Assembly: GCA_018714045.1 (NCBI GenBank) | Contig: DVNX01000113.1 | Location: 11,016 to 75,015 of the forward strand | From: Candidatus Ornithoclostridium faecavium | GTDB taxonomy: Bacteria; Bacillota; Clostridia; Christensenellales; UBA3700 | Direction of reading: 5' to 3' | Length of the DNA stretch: 64,000 nucleotides | Shown: positions 38,733-49,646 of the stretch, piece after piece | How positions within the stretch are numbered: the stretch's first letter is position 1 | How the letters are laid out: the number at the start of each line of letters is the position of its first letter | Notes under the pieces: model-generated | The model's input: the letters and a program-made list of their open reading frames with translations, nothing else | What the model was told of the DNA's origin: nothing | The model's database searches: none | Program-made: the position numbers and the translations under genes

Positions 38733-40025
38733 TTACTTCAAAAATCCTTTGTAGTGCTTCATCATGATCTGCGATTCGAGCTGCTTATCGAGTTCGAGCG
38801 CTACGCTTACGATGATCAGCATACCCGTCGCGCTGAACGCGTTGGTCATACCGATCGGCTGTCCGAGCGCGTTGAAGCCGAAAGTCGGAACTATCGCTAT
38901 GAACGCGAGGAACAGTGCGCCGAACAATGTAATACGGCTGTTTATCTTCGCAAGATATTCGCTGGTAGGCTTGCCGGGTCTTACGCCCTGGATCGTGCCG
39001 CCGTACTGCTGCAGGTTTCTCGCAACGTCTATCGGGTTGAACTGTATCTGCGCGTAGAAGTATGCGAAGAAGATTATGAAGATAAACGTGAATATATAGT
39101 AGACCGCGGTGCCTGCGCCGAGGTACTTCACGTAGAACAGCACTACCGAGTTGTCCTGCGGGAAGAAGGAGAGGATCATCTGCGGGAACATCAGGAACGC
39201 CGAAGCGAAGATGATGGGCATAACGCCGCTCGCATTGACCTTCATCGGAATGTAGGTGGACTGACCGCCGTACATCTTGTTACCTTTGACCTGCTTTGCG
39301 TAGTTTACCTTTATCCTGCGTTCGCTGCCGTCGATAAAGACGATGAGCAGGAACATAACCAGTACGAGGATAAGATATCCGAGGATATACCATATATTGT
39401 CGGGCTGGTCGCCGAGAGTGCCGAACGCGCTTACGAGCGAAGTCGCGAAGGATGCAACGATACCGATAAAGATTATCATCGAAGAGCCGTTGCCGATACC
39501 GTATTCGGTAATTCTCTCGCTGAGCCACATGACCAGCGTGGAGCCTGCGGTGAGGATAAGAATGATTATCGCGCCGCTGACGGCTTCACTGCCGAACGTG
39601 GGTTCGATTGCGCCGGAGTTGTGGAAGGTGACCACTATACCGATACCCTGTACGATCGCGAGAAGTATCGCTACGTATCTCGTGATCTGGGTTATCTTCG
39701 CGCGACCTGCGTCCCCTTCTTTGCTCATTCTTTCGAGCGGGGGGATTATCAGTGTCAACAGCTGCATTATGATGAAGCTGTTGATGAACGGCAAAATGCC
39801 TAATGCGAACAACGTGCCTTGCGCCAGTGATCCGCCCGATACAACGTTCATGATCTGGAGCAACGTATTGTTGTTGCCCGTAACCGCCGACTGGACCGAA
39901 TTGAAATCGAGTCCCGGGACGGGAATGTAACAGCCTATTCTGTAAACCAGGAGAAGTCCCAGCGTAATGAATATCTTGATCCTTAAACTTCTGTCTTTGA
40001 AAGCGTTAACCAGCGTTTGCCACAT
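38733..40025 (-). CDS. secY: preprotein translocase subunit SecY
   Basis: 430-aa polytopic protein at the canonical position in the spc operon. Confidence 0.96.
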   Translation of the reverse strand: MWQTLVNAFKDRSLRIKIFITLGLLLVYRIGCYIPVPGLDFNSVQSAVTGNNNTLLQIMNVVSGGSLAQGTLFALGILPFINSFIIMQLLTLIIPPLERMSKEGDAGRAKITQITRYVAILLAIVQGIGIVVTFHNSGAIEPTFGSEAVSGAIIILILTAGSTLVMWLSERITEYGIGNGSSMIIFIGIVASFATSLVSAFGTLGDQPDNIWYILGYLILVLVMFLLIVFIDGSERRIKVNYAKQVKGNKMYGGQSTYIPMKVNASGVMPIIFASAFLMFPQMILSFFPQDNSVVLFYVKYLGAGTAVYYIFTFIFIIFFAYFYAQIQFNPIDVARNLQQYGGTIQGVRPGKPTSEYLAKINSRITLFGALFLAFIAIVPTFGFNALGQPIGMTNAFSATGMLIIVSVALELDKQLESQIMMKHYKGFLK

Positions 40026-40468
40026 TACAGCACCTCTACTTTGCCACCTGCTTTTTCAATTGCTTCCGCAGCCGACTTTGTGAATTTGTTTGCGCGTACG
40101 GTAACCTTTTTGGTCAGCTCGCCTTTGCCCAGGACCTTAACGCCGTAAGGCAGGACCTTGCTCAGAACGCCGCTGGAAAGGAGAACTTCCGCGTCGACAA
40201 CGTCGCCGTCGTTGAATCTTTCCAGATCGCAGACGTTGACGATAGAGTACTCTTTCTTGAAGTAGTTGTTGAAGCCTCTTTTGGGGATTCTTCTGACGAG
40301 GGGCATCTGACCGCCTTCGAAACCGGGTCTTACGCCGCCGCCGCTTCTCGCCCACTGTCCTTTATGACCCTTGCCGGAGGTCTTTCCGAGACCGGAACCG
40401 ATACCTCTGCCGAGTCTTCTGGACTCTTTCTTTGCTCCCTGTGCGGGTGCCATGTCATGTAATTTCAT
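40025..40468 (-). CDS. rplO: 50S ribosomal protein L15
   Basis: 147 aa; [30 protein letters not shown]. Confidence 0.96.
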   Translation of the reverse strand: MKLHDMAPAQGAKKESRRLGRGIGSGLGKTSGKGHKGQWARSGGGVRPGFEGGQMPLVRRIPKRGFNNYFKKEYSIVNVCDLERFNDGDVVDAEVLLSSGVLSKVLPYGVKVLGKGELTKKVTVRANKFTKSAAEAIEKAGGKVEVL

Positions 40469-40479
40469 AGCCTGTCTCC

Positions 40480-40659
40480 TTATGCCTCTTCGACTTTGAC
40501 GAGGTGGCTGACCACTTTGATCATGCCCTTCGTGCAGCCGTTGTCGGGAACTACGTTGGAAGTGCCGACTTTCTTGAGTCCGAGCGCTTCAACGGTCGCC
40601 TTCTGCTTTTCAGTGCAGCTTATAGTGCTCTTTACGAGAGTTACTTTGATATTAGCCAT
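40480..40659 (-). CDS. rpmD: 50S ribosomal protein L30
   Basis: Not in the ORF track. Minus strand translates as [59 protein letters not shown]. Confidence 0.92.
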   Translation of the reverse strand: MANIKVTLVKSTISCTEKQKATVEALGLKKVGTSNVVPDNGCTKGMIKVVSHLVKVEEA

Positions 40660-40672
40660 CCTTTTACCCTCC

Positions 40673-41188
40673 TCAGCCCATTATTTCTTCGACGGTCTTG
40701 CCGCGGAGAGCCGCAACCTGTTCAACCGTCTTGAGTTTTCTGAGCGCGTCCATCGTAGCTTTAACGCAGTTGATGGGGTTGTTGCTTCCCAGAGACTTGG
40801 TACGGATATCCTTAATGCCGGATACCTCGAGGATCGCACGGACAGGACCGCCCGCGATAACTCCGGTACCTTCGCTTGCCGGCATGATGATGACCTTGGA
40901 GCTGCCGAATTCGCCTATCGCTTCGTGAGGAATGGTCGTTCCTACCAGCGATACCTGAACCATATTGCGCTTAGCGTCCGCAGTCGCCTTGCGGATAGCT
41001 TCGGGGATCTCAGTAGCTTTACCGGTACCGATACCCAGCATACCCTTGCCGTCGCCGACTACCATAAGCGCCGCGAGTCTCATCGTTCTGCCGCCTTTAA
41101 CGACCTTTGTAACGCGTCTGACCGCGATCAGCTTATTGAGCATTTCGTCTCTTTCACTATTCTGGAATTTGTTTTCTTTCTTAGCCAT
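40673..41188 (-). CDS. rpsE: 30S ribosomal protein S5
   Basis: 171 aa; ...[24 protein letters not shown]... Confidence 0.97.
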   Translation of the reverse strand: MAKKENKFQNSERDEMLNKLIAVRRVTKVVKGGRTMRLAALMVVGDGKGMLGIGTGKATEIPEAIRKATADAKRNMVQVSLVGTTIPHEAIGEFGSSKVIIMPASEGTGVIAGGPVRAILEVSGIKDIRTKSLGSNNPINCVKATMDALRKLKTVEQVAALRGKTVEEIMG

Positions 41189-41202
41189 TTCCGTTCCTCC
41201 GA

Positions 41203-41571
41203 TTAGAATTTGAGACCGGCTTCTCTTGCGCCGTCCGCAACCATCTTCACGCGTCCCGTGTAGAGGTAGCCGCCTCTGTCGAATACGACCTCGGTGATGC
41301 CTGCCGCAAGAGCCTTTTCGGCAACCTTGCCGCCGACGTACTTAGCCGCTTCGCACTTGGTCATATCGGCAATCGCTTTGACTACGTCCTTATCCAGAGT
41401 GGAGCAGGAAACGAGGGTGTTGCCCTTAACGTCGTCAATGATCTGTACGGAAATATTGTTCGTGCTTCTGTACACGTTGAAACGCGGTCTTTCCGCCGTG
41501 CCGCTTATCTTGGCGCGGATTCTCATGTGTCTCTTTTGTCTGATAGCGTTTTTATCAATATTCTTTATCAT
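41203..41571 (-). CDS. rplR: 50S ribosomal protein L18
   Basis: 122 aa; ...[20 protein letters not shown]... Confidence 0.97.
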   Translation of the reverse strand: MIKNIDKNAIRQKRHMRIRAKISGTAERPRFNVYRSTNNISVQIIDDVKGNTLVSCSTLDKDVVKAIADMTKCEAAKYVGGKVAEKALAAGITEVVFDRGGYLYTGRVKMVADGAREAGLKF

Positions 41572-41584
41572 ATCCTACTCCTTA

Positions 41585-42127
41585 TTACTTCGTGCCCTTC
41601 TTGCCTTCCTTGCGTGCGATCACTTCGTCGCTGTAACGGATACCGTACGCATGATAGGGATCGGGTTTGCGAAGTTCTCTGATTTCGGCAGCGAACTGAC
41701 CGACTTTCTCGTTATCGATACCCTTTACGATGATATCTCTTTCGGAAGGAACTTCGATGGTTATGCCATCGATCTCCGCAACTTCGATACTGTGAGAGTA
41801 ACCGATGCTCAGAACGGCTTTATTGCCCTGTTTCACTACTCTGTAACCTACGCCGTTTACTACGAGTCCCTTCTGGAAGCCCTTCGTAACGCCTTCAACC
41901 ATGTTGAAGATAAGCTTGCGGTACAGACCGTGCATGGATTTGATTTCTTTTTCTTCGCTTGATCTCGAGCAGACGACGTGGCCGTTTTCAACCTTAACGG
42001 TGATTGCCTTGTTTACCTGTCTCGAAAGCGTACCCTTGGGTCCTTTGACCGTAACGAGGTTTTCGGGGGAAACCGTAACCTCTACGCCCTGAGGAATAAC
42101 TACGGGAAGTCTACCTATTCTCGACAT
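41585..42127 (-). CDS. rplF: 50S ribosomal protein L6
   Basis: 180 aa; MSRIGRLPVVIPQGVEVTV. Confidence 0.97.
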   Translation of the reverse strand: MSRIGRLPVVIPQGVEVTVSPENLVTVKGPKGTLSRQVNKAITVKVENGHVVCSRSSEEKEIKSMHGLYRKLIFNMVEGVTKGFQKGLVVNGVGYRVVKQGNKAVLSIGYSHSIEVAEIDGITIEVPSERDIIVKGIDNEKVGQFAAEIRELRKPDPYHAYGIRYSDEVIARKEGKKGTK

Positions 42128-42140
42128 ACCTTACTCCTCC

Positions 42141-42539
42141 TTACCAGACGTACGCCAGCACTTCGCCGCCGACGTGTTGAGCTCTCGCTTCCTTATCGGT
42201 CATAACGCCCTTGGAAGTGGAAACGATCGCTATACCCATGCCGCCCAGAACTTTGGGAAGCTTTTCGGAAGAAGCGTAAACACGCAGACCGGGTTTGGAA
42301 ACTCTCTTTATACCGGTGATTACGCGCTCCTTCTTCGCGCCGTATTTTAGATTTACTTTCATAACACTTTGAACACCGCTTTCGACAAGCTCTACGCTCT
42401 CGATGTAACCCTCTTTGACCAGAATGTCAGCGATAGACTTCTTGATCTTGGAATAGGGAACTTCGACGCTTTCGTGTCTCGCAACGAGGCCGTTGCGGAT
42501 ACGGGTGAGCATATCAGCGATAGGATCAGTTATCATCAT
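42141..42539 (-). CDS. rpsH: 30S ribosomal protein S8
   Basis: Starts [17 protein letters not shown]. The track ORF is over-extended through rpsN; start set at 42539. Confidence 0.95.
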   Translation of the reverse strand: MMITDPIADMLTRIRNGLVARHESVEVPYSKIKKSIADILVKEGYIESVELVESGVQSVMKVNLKYGAKKERVITGIKRVSKPGLRVYASSEKLPKVLGGMGIAIVSTSKGVMTDKEARAQHVGGEVLAYVW

Positions 42540-42556
42540 AGTCTGTATTCCTCCGA

Positions 42557-42742
42557 TTACCAGCTGGATTTCTTGACTCCCGGAATTTCGCCCTTGTAAG
42601 CGAGTTCGCGGAAGCAAATTCTGCAAATGCCGTACTTTCTCAACACAGCGTGGGGTCTTCCGCAGATCTTGCATCTGGTGTAAGCCCTGGTCGAGAACTT
42701 GGGAGCCTTCTGCTGTTTGTTTATCATAGCTTTCTTTGCCAT
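42557..42742 (-). CDS. rpsN: 30S ribosomal protein S14, short zinc-binding (type Z) form
   Basis: 61 aa with CKICGRPH...CRIC. Confidence 0.96.
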   Translation of the reverse strand: MAKKAMINKQQKAPKFSTRAYTRCKICGRPHAVLRKYGICRICFRELAYKGEIPGVKKSSW

Positions 42743-42755
42743 TATTGTGTCCTCC

Positions 42756-43313
42756 TTACTTTACAAAGGGTACGCCGAGAAGCGTAAGAAGTTCTTTAGC
42801 TTCAGCGTCCGTCTTTGCGGTCGTTACGAAACATACGTCAAAGCCCCTGATCTTTTCGATCTTGTCGTACTGGATCTCAGGGAAGATAAGCTGTTCCTTA
42901 ACGCCCATAGCGTAGTTGCCGCGTCCGTCGAACGAATCTGCGGGAACGCCCTTGAAGTCTCTGACTCTGGGGAGCGCGATGGAGATGAGCTTATCCATAA
43001 AGTCATACATCTTCGCGCCTCTCAAAGTAACTTTGGCTCCGATAACCATGCCTTCTCTGACTTTGAAGTTTGCAACGCTCTTCTTAGCCTTGGTCATAAC
43101 GGGTGCCTGACCTGCGATAGCCTTGAGCTCTTCTACAGCCAGCTGGAGGCTCTTGCTGTTGTCCTTTACGTCTCCGAGTCCCATGTTGAGGACGATCTTG
43201 TCGAGGCGGGGAACTTCGTTGATATTCTTATATGCGAATTTCTTTTCAAGAGCGGGTACTACCTCTTTCTTGTAAAGCTCCGCAATTCTGTAAACTCTTT
43301 TCTCTTCTGCCAC
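42756..43313 (-). CDS. rplE: 50S ribosomal protein L5
   Basis: 185 aa; ...[16 protein letters not shown]... Confidence 0.97.
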   Translation of the reverse strand: MAEEKRVYRIAELYKKEVVPALEKKFAYKNINEVPRLDKIVLNMGLGDVKDNSKSLQLAVEELKAIAGQAPVMTKAKKSVANFKVREGMVIGAKVTLRGAKMYDFMDKLISIALPRVRDFKGVPADSFDGRGNYAMGVKEQLIFPEIQYDKIEKIRGFDVCFVTTAKTDAEAKELLTLLGVPFVK

Positions 43314-43327
43314 AGTGGGATCCTCCG

Positions 43328-43765
43328 TTAGTTGTTCTCGGTTGCGTCAGTCTTTTCAGCCTTCTTGGTCGCTTTCTTTGCAGTCTTAGCGCCCTTCTTA
43401 GCCGTTGACTTAGCCTTAGACTTGCTTACGTTGTCGAGACTTGCGCCGCACTTCTTGCATATGCGCTCTTTGACGGTCTTGCCGTTTGCGTCTTTATCAA
43501 CTTTGTGAGCAACCTTGGTGGTCTTGCCGCACACGGGGCAGATGATCATCACGTTGGATGCGTCGATAGCTCTTTCTCTCTCGACGATGCCGCCCTTTTC
43601 CTGCGCGTTGCGCGGTTTGACGAAATGTTTCTCGGTCTTGAGTCCGTCGCCTTTGACGACTACTCTGCCGGATTTGGTATCGACGTTGTCGATCTGTCCG
43701 GTCTTGCCCTTATCGCAACCCGCGATGATCTTGACCGCGTCGCCTTTCTTTACGTTCATACTCAT
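43328..43765 (-). CDS. rplX: 50S ribosomal protein L24 with CxxC..CxxC insertion and a Lys/Ala-rich tail
   Basis: 145 aa. KOW N-terminus [19 protein letters not shown], followed by ICPVCG...CKKCG and [24 protein letters not shown]. Confidence 0.9.
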   Translation of the reverse strand: MSMNVKKGDAVKIIAGCDKGKTGQIDNVDTKSGRVVVKGDGLKTEKHFVKPRNAQEKGGIVERERAIDASNVMIICPVCGKTTKVAHKVDKDANGKTVKERICKKCGASLDNVSKSKAKSTAKKGAKTAKKATKKAEKTDATENN

Positions 43766-43778
43766 TTCGCTGTCCTCC

Positions 43779-44147
43779 TTAAATAACCTCGGGTGCGAGG
43801 GAGATGATCTTCATGTAGTTCTTATCACGCAGTTCTCTCGCGATTGGTCCGAAGATACGGGTACCTCTGGGTTGCTTCTGATTGTCTATGATTACCGCCG
43901 CGTTGTCGTCGAATCTGATATAAGAACCGTCCTTTCTTCTGACGCCCTTGCTCGTTCTGACGATAACCGCCTTTACCACTTCACCCTTCTTAACGGCGCC
44001 TCCGGGAATAGCGCTCTGTACTGCCGCGACGATGACGTCGCCGATGTTTCCGCTTCTGCGGAAAGAACCGCCCAGTACTCTGATGCACTTGATTTCCTTA
44101 GCTCCGGAGTTGTCCGCTACGTTTAATCTGCTTTCCGGTTGTATCAT
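43779..44147 (-). CDS. rplN: 50S ribosomal protein L14
   Basis: Starts [18 protein letters not shown]. Start set at 44147. Confidence 0.97.
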   Translation of the reverse strand: MIQPESRLNVADNSGAKEIKCIRVLGGSFRRSGNIGDVIVAAVQSAIPGGAVKKGEVVKAVIVRTSKGVRRKDGSYIRFDDNAAVIIDNQKQPRGTRIFGPIARELRDKNYMKIISLAPEVI

Positions 44148-44161
44148 TGTGGTGCCTCCTA

Positions 44162-44416
44162 TTACTTCGCCTTTTCGATGATTTCGACGACTCTCCAGCA
44201 CTTATCCTTGCTGATCGGTCTGGTCTCCGCTACGAGAACGGTATCGCCGATGCCGCAGGAGTTGCTTTCGTCGTGAGCCTTCAGCTTCTTCGTCCTGTTG
44301 ACGATTTTGCCGTAAAGAGGATGCTTAACACGCTCTTTGATAGCTACGACGACCGTCTTGTCCATCTTGTCGCTTACTACTATGCCGACTCTGCTTTTTC
44401 TCAAATTTCTTTCCAT
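44162..44416 (-). CDS. rpsQ: 30S ribosomal protein S17
   Basis: Starts [21 protein letters not shown]. Start set at 44416. Confidence 0.95.
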   Translation of the reverse strand: MERNLRKSRVGIVVSDKMDKTVVVAIKERVKHPLYGKIVNRTKKLKAHDESNSCGIGDTVLVAETRPISKDKCWRVVEIIEKAK

Positions 44417-44430
44417 GTCGTTTGTCCTCC

Positions 44431-44670
44431 TCACTTAGCCGCCTTCTTGGACTTACCGGTCTTGGTCGGCTCTGCGGATATGCCCAGTTCTCTCTGACGA
44501 ATGATCGTCATGCACTTAGCGATGTCCTTTCTGCAGGTCCTGATCTGGCTGTTGTTTTCAAGGTTACCGCTCTTGTGCTTGAAACGAAGGTTGAGCAGAT
44601 CCTGTTTGAGGCTGACGAGCTTAACCTGAAGCTCTTCGTTGGTCATTTCCATAAAATTAGTTGCTTTCAT
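44431..44670 (-). CDS. rpmC: 50S ribosomal protein L29
   Basis: 79 aa; ...[23 protein letters not shown]... Has a C-terminal basic tail. Confidence 0.9.
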   Translation of the reverse strand: MKATNFMEMTNEELQVKLVSLKQDLLNLRFKHKSGNLENNSQIRTCRKDIAKCMTIIRQRELGISAEPTKTGKSKKAAK

Positions 44671-45103
44671 CTTCGTTCACCTCTTCACCGCTTTCTTCGC
44701 CTTTCTTGACGAACTTGCACTTTATCGGGAGTTTGTGCGACGCAAGGCGCAGCGCCTCTCTCGCGACCTCTTCCGTTACGCCCGCCATCTCGAACATTAC
44801 TCTGCCCGGTTTGACGACCGCTACCCAGTATTCTACGCTACCTTTACCGCTACCCATTCTGGTCTCGGCGGGCTTCTTCGTAACAGGCTTGTGGGGGAAT
44901 ATGTCTATCCACACCTGACCGCCTCTCTTGATGTATCTCGTCATTGCGATACGTGCCGCCTCGATCTGATTGGAGGTAATCCAGCTCGGCTCGAGAGCTA
45001 CCAGTCCGTATTCGCCGTAAGCGATCTTGTTGCCCTTGTTAGCCTTGCCGCTGAGTCTGCCGCGATGTACGCGACGTCTCTTTACTCTTTTAGGCATTAA
45101 CAT
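44657..45103 (-). CDS. rplP: 50S ribosomal protein L16
   Basis: 148 aa; [16 protein letters not shown]. Confidence 0.97.
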   Translation of the reverse strand: MLMPKRVKRRRVHRGRLSGKANKGNKIAYGEYGLVALEPSWITSNQIEAARIAMTRYIKRGGQVWIDIFPHKPVTKKPAETRMGSGKGSVEYWVAVVKPGRVMFEMAGVTEEVAREALRLASHKLPIKCKFVKKGEESGEEVNEDESN

Positions 45104-45783
45104 TACGCGTTACCTCCTTCGTTATTTGCCGCGCCGGTCTTTCCGATGACCTCGCCTTTGTAGACCCATACTTTGATACCGATAATACCGAAAGTGGTAT
45201 GAGCTTCAGCGAAGCCGTAATCGATATCAGCTCTGAGCGTCTGAAGAGGAATGGAACCCTCGTGATACTGCTCGCTCTTTGCTATTTCAACGCCGTCCAG
45301 TCTGCCGCTCGCCATAGCCTTGACGCCCTTAGCGCCCGCTTTGATAGCACGCGTGATAGCCTGCTTCATGACGCGCTTGTAGGACATACGCTTTTCGAGC
45401 TGTGCCGCGATGCTCTCCGCAACCAGCTGAGCGTCGGTATCAGGTCTCTTGACCTCGTAAACGTTGACGTTGATTTCCTTGCCTTTCACGACGTTGTTGA
45501 GCTCTTTTACGATCTGCTCTACGCCCGTACCCTGCTTGCCGATAAGAACGCCCGGCTTGCCGGTATATATATTGACGGTGATGATCTCCGTCTTGGAAGA
45601 GCGAACTCTCGAGATCGTGACCTTGGAGATCGAACAGGTGTAATACTGCTTTTTGATGAAGTTTCTTATCTTGTTGTCTTCGATAAGATAATCAGCAAAA
45701 TTCTTTTTGTCCGCGTACCATTGAGCTTCCCAGTCTTTGATAACGCCTACTCTCATTCCGTTGGGACTGACTTTCTGACCCAT
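45103..45783 (-). CDS. rpsC: 30S ribosomal protein S3
   Basis: 226 aa; [18 protein letters not shown]. Confidence 0.97.
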   Translation of the reverse strand: MGQKVSPNGMRVGVIKDWEAQWYADKKNFADYLIEDNKIRNFIKKQYYTCSISKVTISRVRSSKTEIITVNIYTGKPGVLIGKQGTGVEQIVKELNNVVKGKEINVNVYEVKRPDTDAQLVAESIAAQLEKRMSYKRVMKQAITRAIKAGAKGVKAMASGRLDGVEIAKSEQYHEGSIPLQTLRADIDYGFAEAHTTFGIIGIKVWVYKGEVIGKTGAANNEGGNA

Positions 45784-45800
45784 GTTGTTGACCTCCTTTG

Positions 45801-46190
45801 TTATTCAGCCTTCACGTCGAGAACGACGGTGATGTGGCTGGTGCGTTTGTTTATTCTTGCAGCGCTTCCCTTAGCTCTCGGTCTGATTCTCTTGAGTATC
45901 GGACCCGCATTCGCGTAGCACTCTGCGACGTAAAGGTCGCTCTTGCTGAGGCTGAGGTTGTTCTCTGCGTTCGCAGCTGCGGAGTTGAGCACTTTGAGCA
46001 GGGGCTCGCAAGCCGCTTTCTGCGTGTTCTTGAGGATAGCAACCGCGTCCGTGTATTTAACGCCGCGAATGATATCCAGAACTATTCTGACCTTATCGGG
46101 AGAAATTCTGACGTACTTCGCAACCGCTCTGGGACGCTTGTCTGCGTTTTCCTGACGGAAAGCAGCCTTTTCTCTTATTCTTTTAGCCAT
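45801..46190 (-). CDS. rplV: 50S ribosomal protein L22
   Basis: 129 aa; ...[22 protein letters not shown]... Confidence 0.96.
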   Translation of the reverse strand: MAKRIREKAAFRQENADKRPRAVAKYVRISPDKVRIVLDIIRGVKYTDAVAILKNTQKAACEPLLKVLNSAAANAENNLSLSKSDLYVAECYANAGPILKRIRPRAKGSAARINKRTSHITVVLDVKAE

Positions 46191-46206
46191 TTCTGTCTGC
46201 CTCCTC

Positions 46207-46485
46207 TTACTTCTTTCCGGTGGTCTTTTCGCCGGCGTGACCCTTGAACGTACGGGTCGGAGCGAACTCGCCCAGCTTGCAACCTACCATATCTTCCGTA
46301 ACGTATACGGGAACGTGTTTTCTGCCGTCGTGAACCGCAATCGTATGTCCAACCATATCGGGGAAGATTGTGGAGGAACGCGACCAGGTCTTAACGACCT
46401 TTTTCTCGTTCTTCTCGTTCATAGCGACGATTCTCTTGATAAGCCTTTCTTCTACGAAAGGTCCTTTCTTTACCGATCTACTCAT
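46207..46485 (-). CDS. rpsS: 30S ribosomal protein S19
   Basis: 92 aa; [15 protein letters not shown]. Confidence 0.97.
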   Translation of the reverse strand: MSRSVKKGPFVEERLIKRIVAMNEKNEKKVVKTWSRSSTIFPDMVGHTIAVHDGRKHVPVYVTEDMVGCKLGEFAPTRTFKGHAGEKTTGKK

Positions 46486-46499
46486 CTTTCAATCCTCCG

Positions 46500-47321
46500 T
46501 TAGTTGATACGCTTAATGATGAACTTGTTGCTCTTGTTCTTCTTTCTGGTCTTGTAACCCAGAGTGGGAACGCCCCACGGGGTAACAGGACTGGGCATAC
46601 CGATAGGCGACTTGCCTTCACCACCGCCGTGCGGGTGGTCGCAGGGGTTCATTACCACACCTCTTACGGTCGGCTTGACGCCCATGTGACGTTTGCGTCC
46701 CGCTTTACCGATGCTGACGATCTCGTGGTCGAGATTGCCGACCTGACCGATCGTAGCCTTGCACTTGATGGGGATATATCTCATCTCGCCGCTGGGCATT
46801 CTGAGGATAGCGTACTTGCCTTCCTTCGCCATCAGCTGAGCCGCGTTGCCGGCAGCTCTCGCTATCTGACCGCCCTTGCCGGGATGCATCTCGATGTTGT
46901 GGATCATCGTACCTACGGGGATCTTTTCAAGCGGCAGGCTGTTGCCGGTCTTGATGTCCGCGTTTTCGCCACTGACTACGACGTCGCCCTTGTTCAGACC
47001 TACGGGAGCGAGGATGTATCTCTTTTCGCCGTCCGCGTAGTGCAGGAGCGCTATGTTCGCGCTGCGGTTGGGGTCGTATTCGATGGAAGCGACCTTTGCG
47101 GGAACGTTGTCCTTATTGCGCTTGAAGTCGATGATACGGTACTTGTTGCGGTTTCCGCCGCCGATATGTCTTACCGTGATCCTGCCGCTTGCGTTTCTGC
47201 CGCCCGTCTTGTTCTTGCTTTCGAGCAAGCTTCTTTCGGGGGTCGTCGTCGTGATCTCGCTGAAAGCGGAGGTCGTCATGAAACGGCGTGCGGGAGAAGT
47301 AGGTTTGTATCTCTTTATCAT
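46500..47321 (-). CDS. rplB: 50S ribosomal protein L2
   Basis: 273 aa; ...[15 protein letters not shown]...HPHGGGEG... Confidence 0.97.
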   Translation of the reverse strand: MIKRYKPTSPARRFMTTSAFSEITTTTPERSLLESKNKTGGRNASGRITVRHIGGGNRNKYRIIDFKRNKDNVPAKVASIEYDPNRSANIALLHYADGEKRYILAPVGLNKGDVVVSGENADIKTGNSLPLEKIPVGTMIHNIEMHPGKGGQIARAAGNAAQLMAKEGKYAILRMPSGEMRYIPIKCKATIGQVGNLDHEIVSIGKAGRKRHMGVKPTVRGVVMNPCDHPHGGGEGKSPIGMPSPVTPWGVPTLGYKTRKKNKSNKFIIKRIN

Positions 47322-47337
47322 ATCCTTAGTCCTCCTA

Positions 47338-47628
47338 TCAGGTCAAACTCTCGAAGAACTCGATGGGTTTGCTGTCTGCTTTGAGCTGAACGATCGCTTT
47401 CTTGAAAGCCGCGGTTTTACCCTCGTTTCTGCCCATTCTCTTGGTCTTGCCGTCGTAGTTGGAGGTGTTTACCTTTTCAACCTTGACGCCGAAGATATCC
47501 TCGATTGCTACCTTTATCTGCGTTTTAGTCGCCCTTTTGTCAACTTTGAACGTGTACTTCTTGGACTGGATGCCGTCGAAGCTCTTTTCGCTCATGAGCG
47601 GGCTGATGATAATGTCGTACTTGTTCAT
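47338..47628 (-). CDS. rplW: 50S ribosomal protein L23
   Basis: Starts [16 protein letters not shown]. The ATG at 47628 overlaps the rplD stop. Confidence 0.95.
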   Translation of the reverse strand: MNKYDIIISPLMSEKSFDGIQSKKYTFKVDKRATKTQIKVAIEDIFGVKVEKVNTSNYDGKTKRMGRNEGKTAAFKKAIVQLKADSKPIEFFESLT

Positions 47629-48266
47629 TACTCGGCTACCTCCTCTAAGTTGTAAGCCTTTTCGAGCTTTTCGACCGCCGCTTTGGTAACGATGCATTTA
47701 GCGTTTGCCGCTAAGTCGTATACGTTGACGAGGTCCGCGTTGATGACCGTGAGGTTAGCGATATTCGCGCTTGCTCTCAAAACGGTTTCGTCGCTTTCAG
47801 AAACGATAAGAAGAACTCTGCTTTCGATACCGAAGTTTTTCAGGACCGTAGCCATCAGCTTCGTCTTTGCTTCCTTGAGCTTGAGCTCGTCCAGAACGAT
47901 GAAATCGCCGTCCGCTACTTTTGCGCTCAGCGCGCTGACCGTTGCCGCAAACTTCATCTTCTTATTGATCTTCTGAGAGAAATCTCTCTGCTTGGGAGCG
48001 AAAACTACGCCGCCGCCCGTCCACTGAGGACTTCTGATGGAACCCTGTCTCGCACGACCGGTACCCTTCTGTCTCCACGGCTTGATACCGCCGCCTCTGA
48101 CTTCGCTGCGGGTAAGGGTGCTCTTGTTGCCCTGTCTCTTGTTTGCCATCTGAGCGACGACTACCTGGTGTACGAGCGGCTCGTTGTATTCCTGAGCGAA
48201 TACCGCGTCGGACAGCTCCATCGTGCCCACTTTCTTCGCACTTATATTAAAAACGTCTACTTTCAT
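47628..48266 (-). CDS. rplD: 50S ribosomal protein L4
   Basis: 212 aa; ...RQGNKSTLTRSEVRGGGIKPWRQKGTGRAR... Confidence 0.97.
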   Translation of the reverse strand: MKVDVFNISAKKVGTMELSDAVFAQEYNEPLVHQVVVAQMANKRQGNKSTLTRSEVRGGGIKPWRQKGTGRARQGSIRSPQWTGGGVVFAPKQRDFSQKINKKMKFAATVSALSAKVADGDFIVLDELKLKEAKTKLMATVLKNFGIESRVLLIVSESDETVLRASANIANLTVINADLVNVYDLAANAKCIVTKAAVEKLEKAYNLEEVAE

Positions 48267-48277
48267 TTCGCTTCTCC

Positions 48278-48910
48278 TTATTGTGCCTTGCAGCTGCTCT
48301 TCACGGTGACGAGGCCGCCCTTGTTGCCGGGGATCGCGCCTTTGATAAGCAGCAGGTTGCGCTCTTTGTCCACTCTGACTACGGTCAGGTTCTGAACGGT
48401 AACTCTTTCGTTACCCCAGTGACCGGACATCTTCTTGTTCTTGAAAACTCTCGAAGGAGTGGAGTTCGCGCTCAGAGAGCCTACGCCCCTGTGGTATCCG
48501 GAACCGTGTGCCATCGGACCGCAGTGCTGGTTCCATCTCTTGATCGCGCCGGTAAAGCCCTTACCTTTGGATACGCCCACAACGTCGACCTTGTCGCCGA
48601 CTGCGAACACGTCGCAGGTAATGTTGCTGCCTACCTCGATGCTTTCAGCGTTGTCGACCTTGAGTTCTCTCAAATGTCTCTTGGGCGCTACGCCTGCCTT
48701 CTCGAAGTGGCCTTTGACGGGCTTCGTCACGTTCTTTGCCTTGATCTCGCCGAACGCTACCTGTATCGCGCTGTAACCGTCTTTTTCCTGAGTCTTCTTC
48801 TGAACTACGGGGCACGGACCCGCCTCAACTACCGTTACCGGTATTACGGTGCCGTCCTCTGCGAAGATCTGGCTCATTCCCAATTTCTTTCCAATGATTG
48901 CTTTATTCAT
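48278..48910 (-). CDS. rplC: 50S ribosomal protein L3
   Basis: 210 aa; [16 protein letters not shown]. Confidence 0.97.
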   Translation of the reverse strand: MNKAIIGKKLGMSQIFAEDGTVIPVTVVEAGPCPVVQKKTQEKDGYSAIQVAFGEIKAKNVTKPVKGHFEKAGVAPKRHLRELKVDNAESIEVGSNITCDVFAVGDKVDVVGVSKGKGFTGAIKRWNQHCGPMAHGSGYHRGVGSLSANSTPSRVFKNKKMSGHWGNERVTVQNLTVVRVDKERNLLLIKGAIPGNKGGLVTVKSSCKAQ

Positions 48911-48996
48911 AGATAAAGTTCACCTCCGTATTTATTTCGTCCGCGCTTTTTGGGAGTACGCGGAGCCGTATTGTTGTCTTGTTTGTTTACTCTTAA

Positions 48997-49305
48997 TCAG
49001 AGTTTGATCTTGATATCTACGCCTGCGGGCAGAGAGAGCTTCATGAGAGCTTCCATAGCCTTTGCGGAAGGATTGTAGATGTCGATAAGTCTCTTGTGCG
49101 TTCTGAGTTCGAACTGCTCGCGGCTGTCCTTATACTTGTGAACCGCGCGAAGGATGGTGACTACTTCCTTCTCAGTGGGGAGCGGGATAGGTCCGCTGAC
49201 CTTAACGCCGCATCTGGTTACCGTGTCGACGATCTTGCTTGCCGCTTCGTCGATGAGGTTGTGATCATAAGCTCTGAGTCTTATTCTGATGATTTGTCCT
49301 GCCAT
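48997..49305 (-). CDS. rpsJ: 30S ribosomal protein S10
   Basis: 102 aa; [19 protein letters not shown]. Confidence 0.97.
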   Translation of the reverse strand: MAGQIIRIRLRAYDHNLIDEAASKIVDTVTRCGVKVSGPIPLPTEKEVVTILRAVHKYKDSREQFELRTHKRLIDIYNPSAKAMEALMKLSLPAGVDIKIKL

Positions 49306-49486
49306 TGTTTTTTCTCCTTTTTCCTAACTTACATATTCACGTGTCCGTGTGTTTCACACCGCGACTTTAATAAAAGGCGTGCAGTTCGCCTCCGTTAGTC
49401 GCCCGATTGTCGGACTCTTGTCCGCGGAAATTCTCTGCTTTTGCAGTAACCTCCCGCTTCATCCCGTTTTTCGCGGTGCACGTAGA

Positions 49487-49515
49487 ATTATATAGATTTA
49501 AATATTTTAAGTCAA
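49487..49515 (-). promoter_or_regulatory. sigma-A type promoter of the S10 operon
   Basis: Minus strand has TTGACT, a 17-nt spacer, then TATAAT. It lies about 180 nt upstream of rpsJ. Confidence 0.6.
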
Positions 49516-49598
49516 ATCTTTGAATTCAAAAGTTTAAAAAGAAATGTAAAATTTATGTAAAATTGCAAATTTACCGTCATTTCGATAATTATCGGTTG

Positions 49599-49628
49599 TA
49601 AAAACGCGCCCCGCGAAGCGGAGCGCGC
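49599..49628 (-). terminator. intrinsic terminator after the DUF1858-like gene
   Basis: Minus strand has CGCGCTCCGC-ttc-GCGGGGCGCG followed by TTTTT. Confidence 0.7.
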
Positions 49629-49646
49629 TCATACTTTTCTGCTTTC

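Noticed and set aside
38589-39803. 404-aa plus-strand ORF across adk and secY
   Set aside because: It is antisense to secY and adk, with an Arg/Glu/Tyr-rich non-protein-like composition.
42540-42674. N-terminal extension of the rpsH track ORF. The same issue affects rplN (44148..44201), rpsQ (44417..44434), rplW (47629..47697), pyrD (62051..62218), EcfT (21740..21850), acpP (29770..29820) and the Lrp gene (56219..56299).
   Set aside because: The extensions overlap the preceding conserved gene in another frame. The conserved protein N-termini begin at internal ATGs with proper SD or translational coupling.
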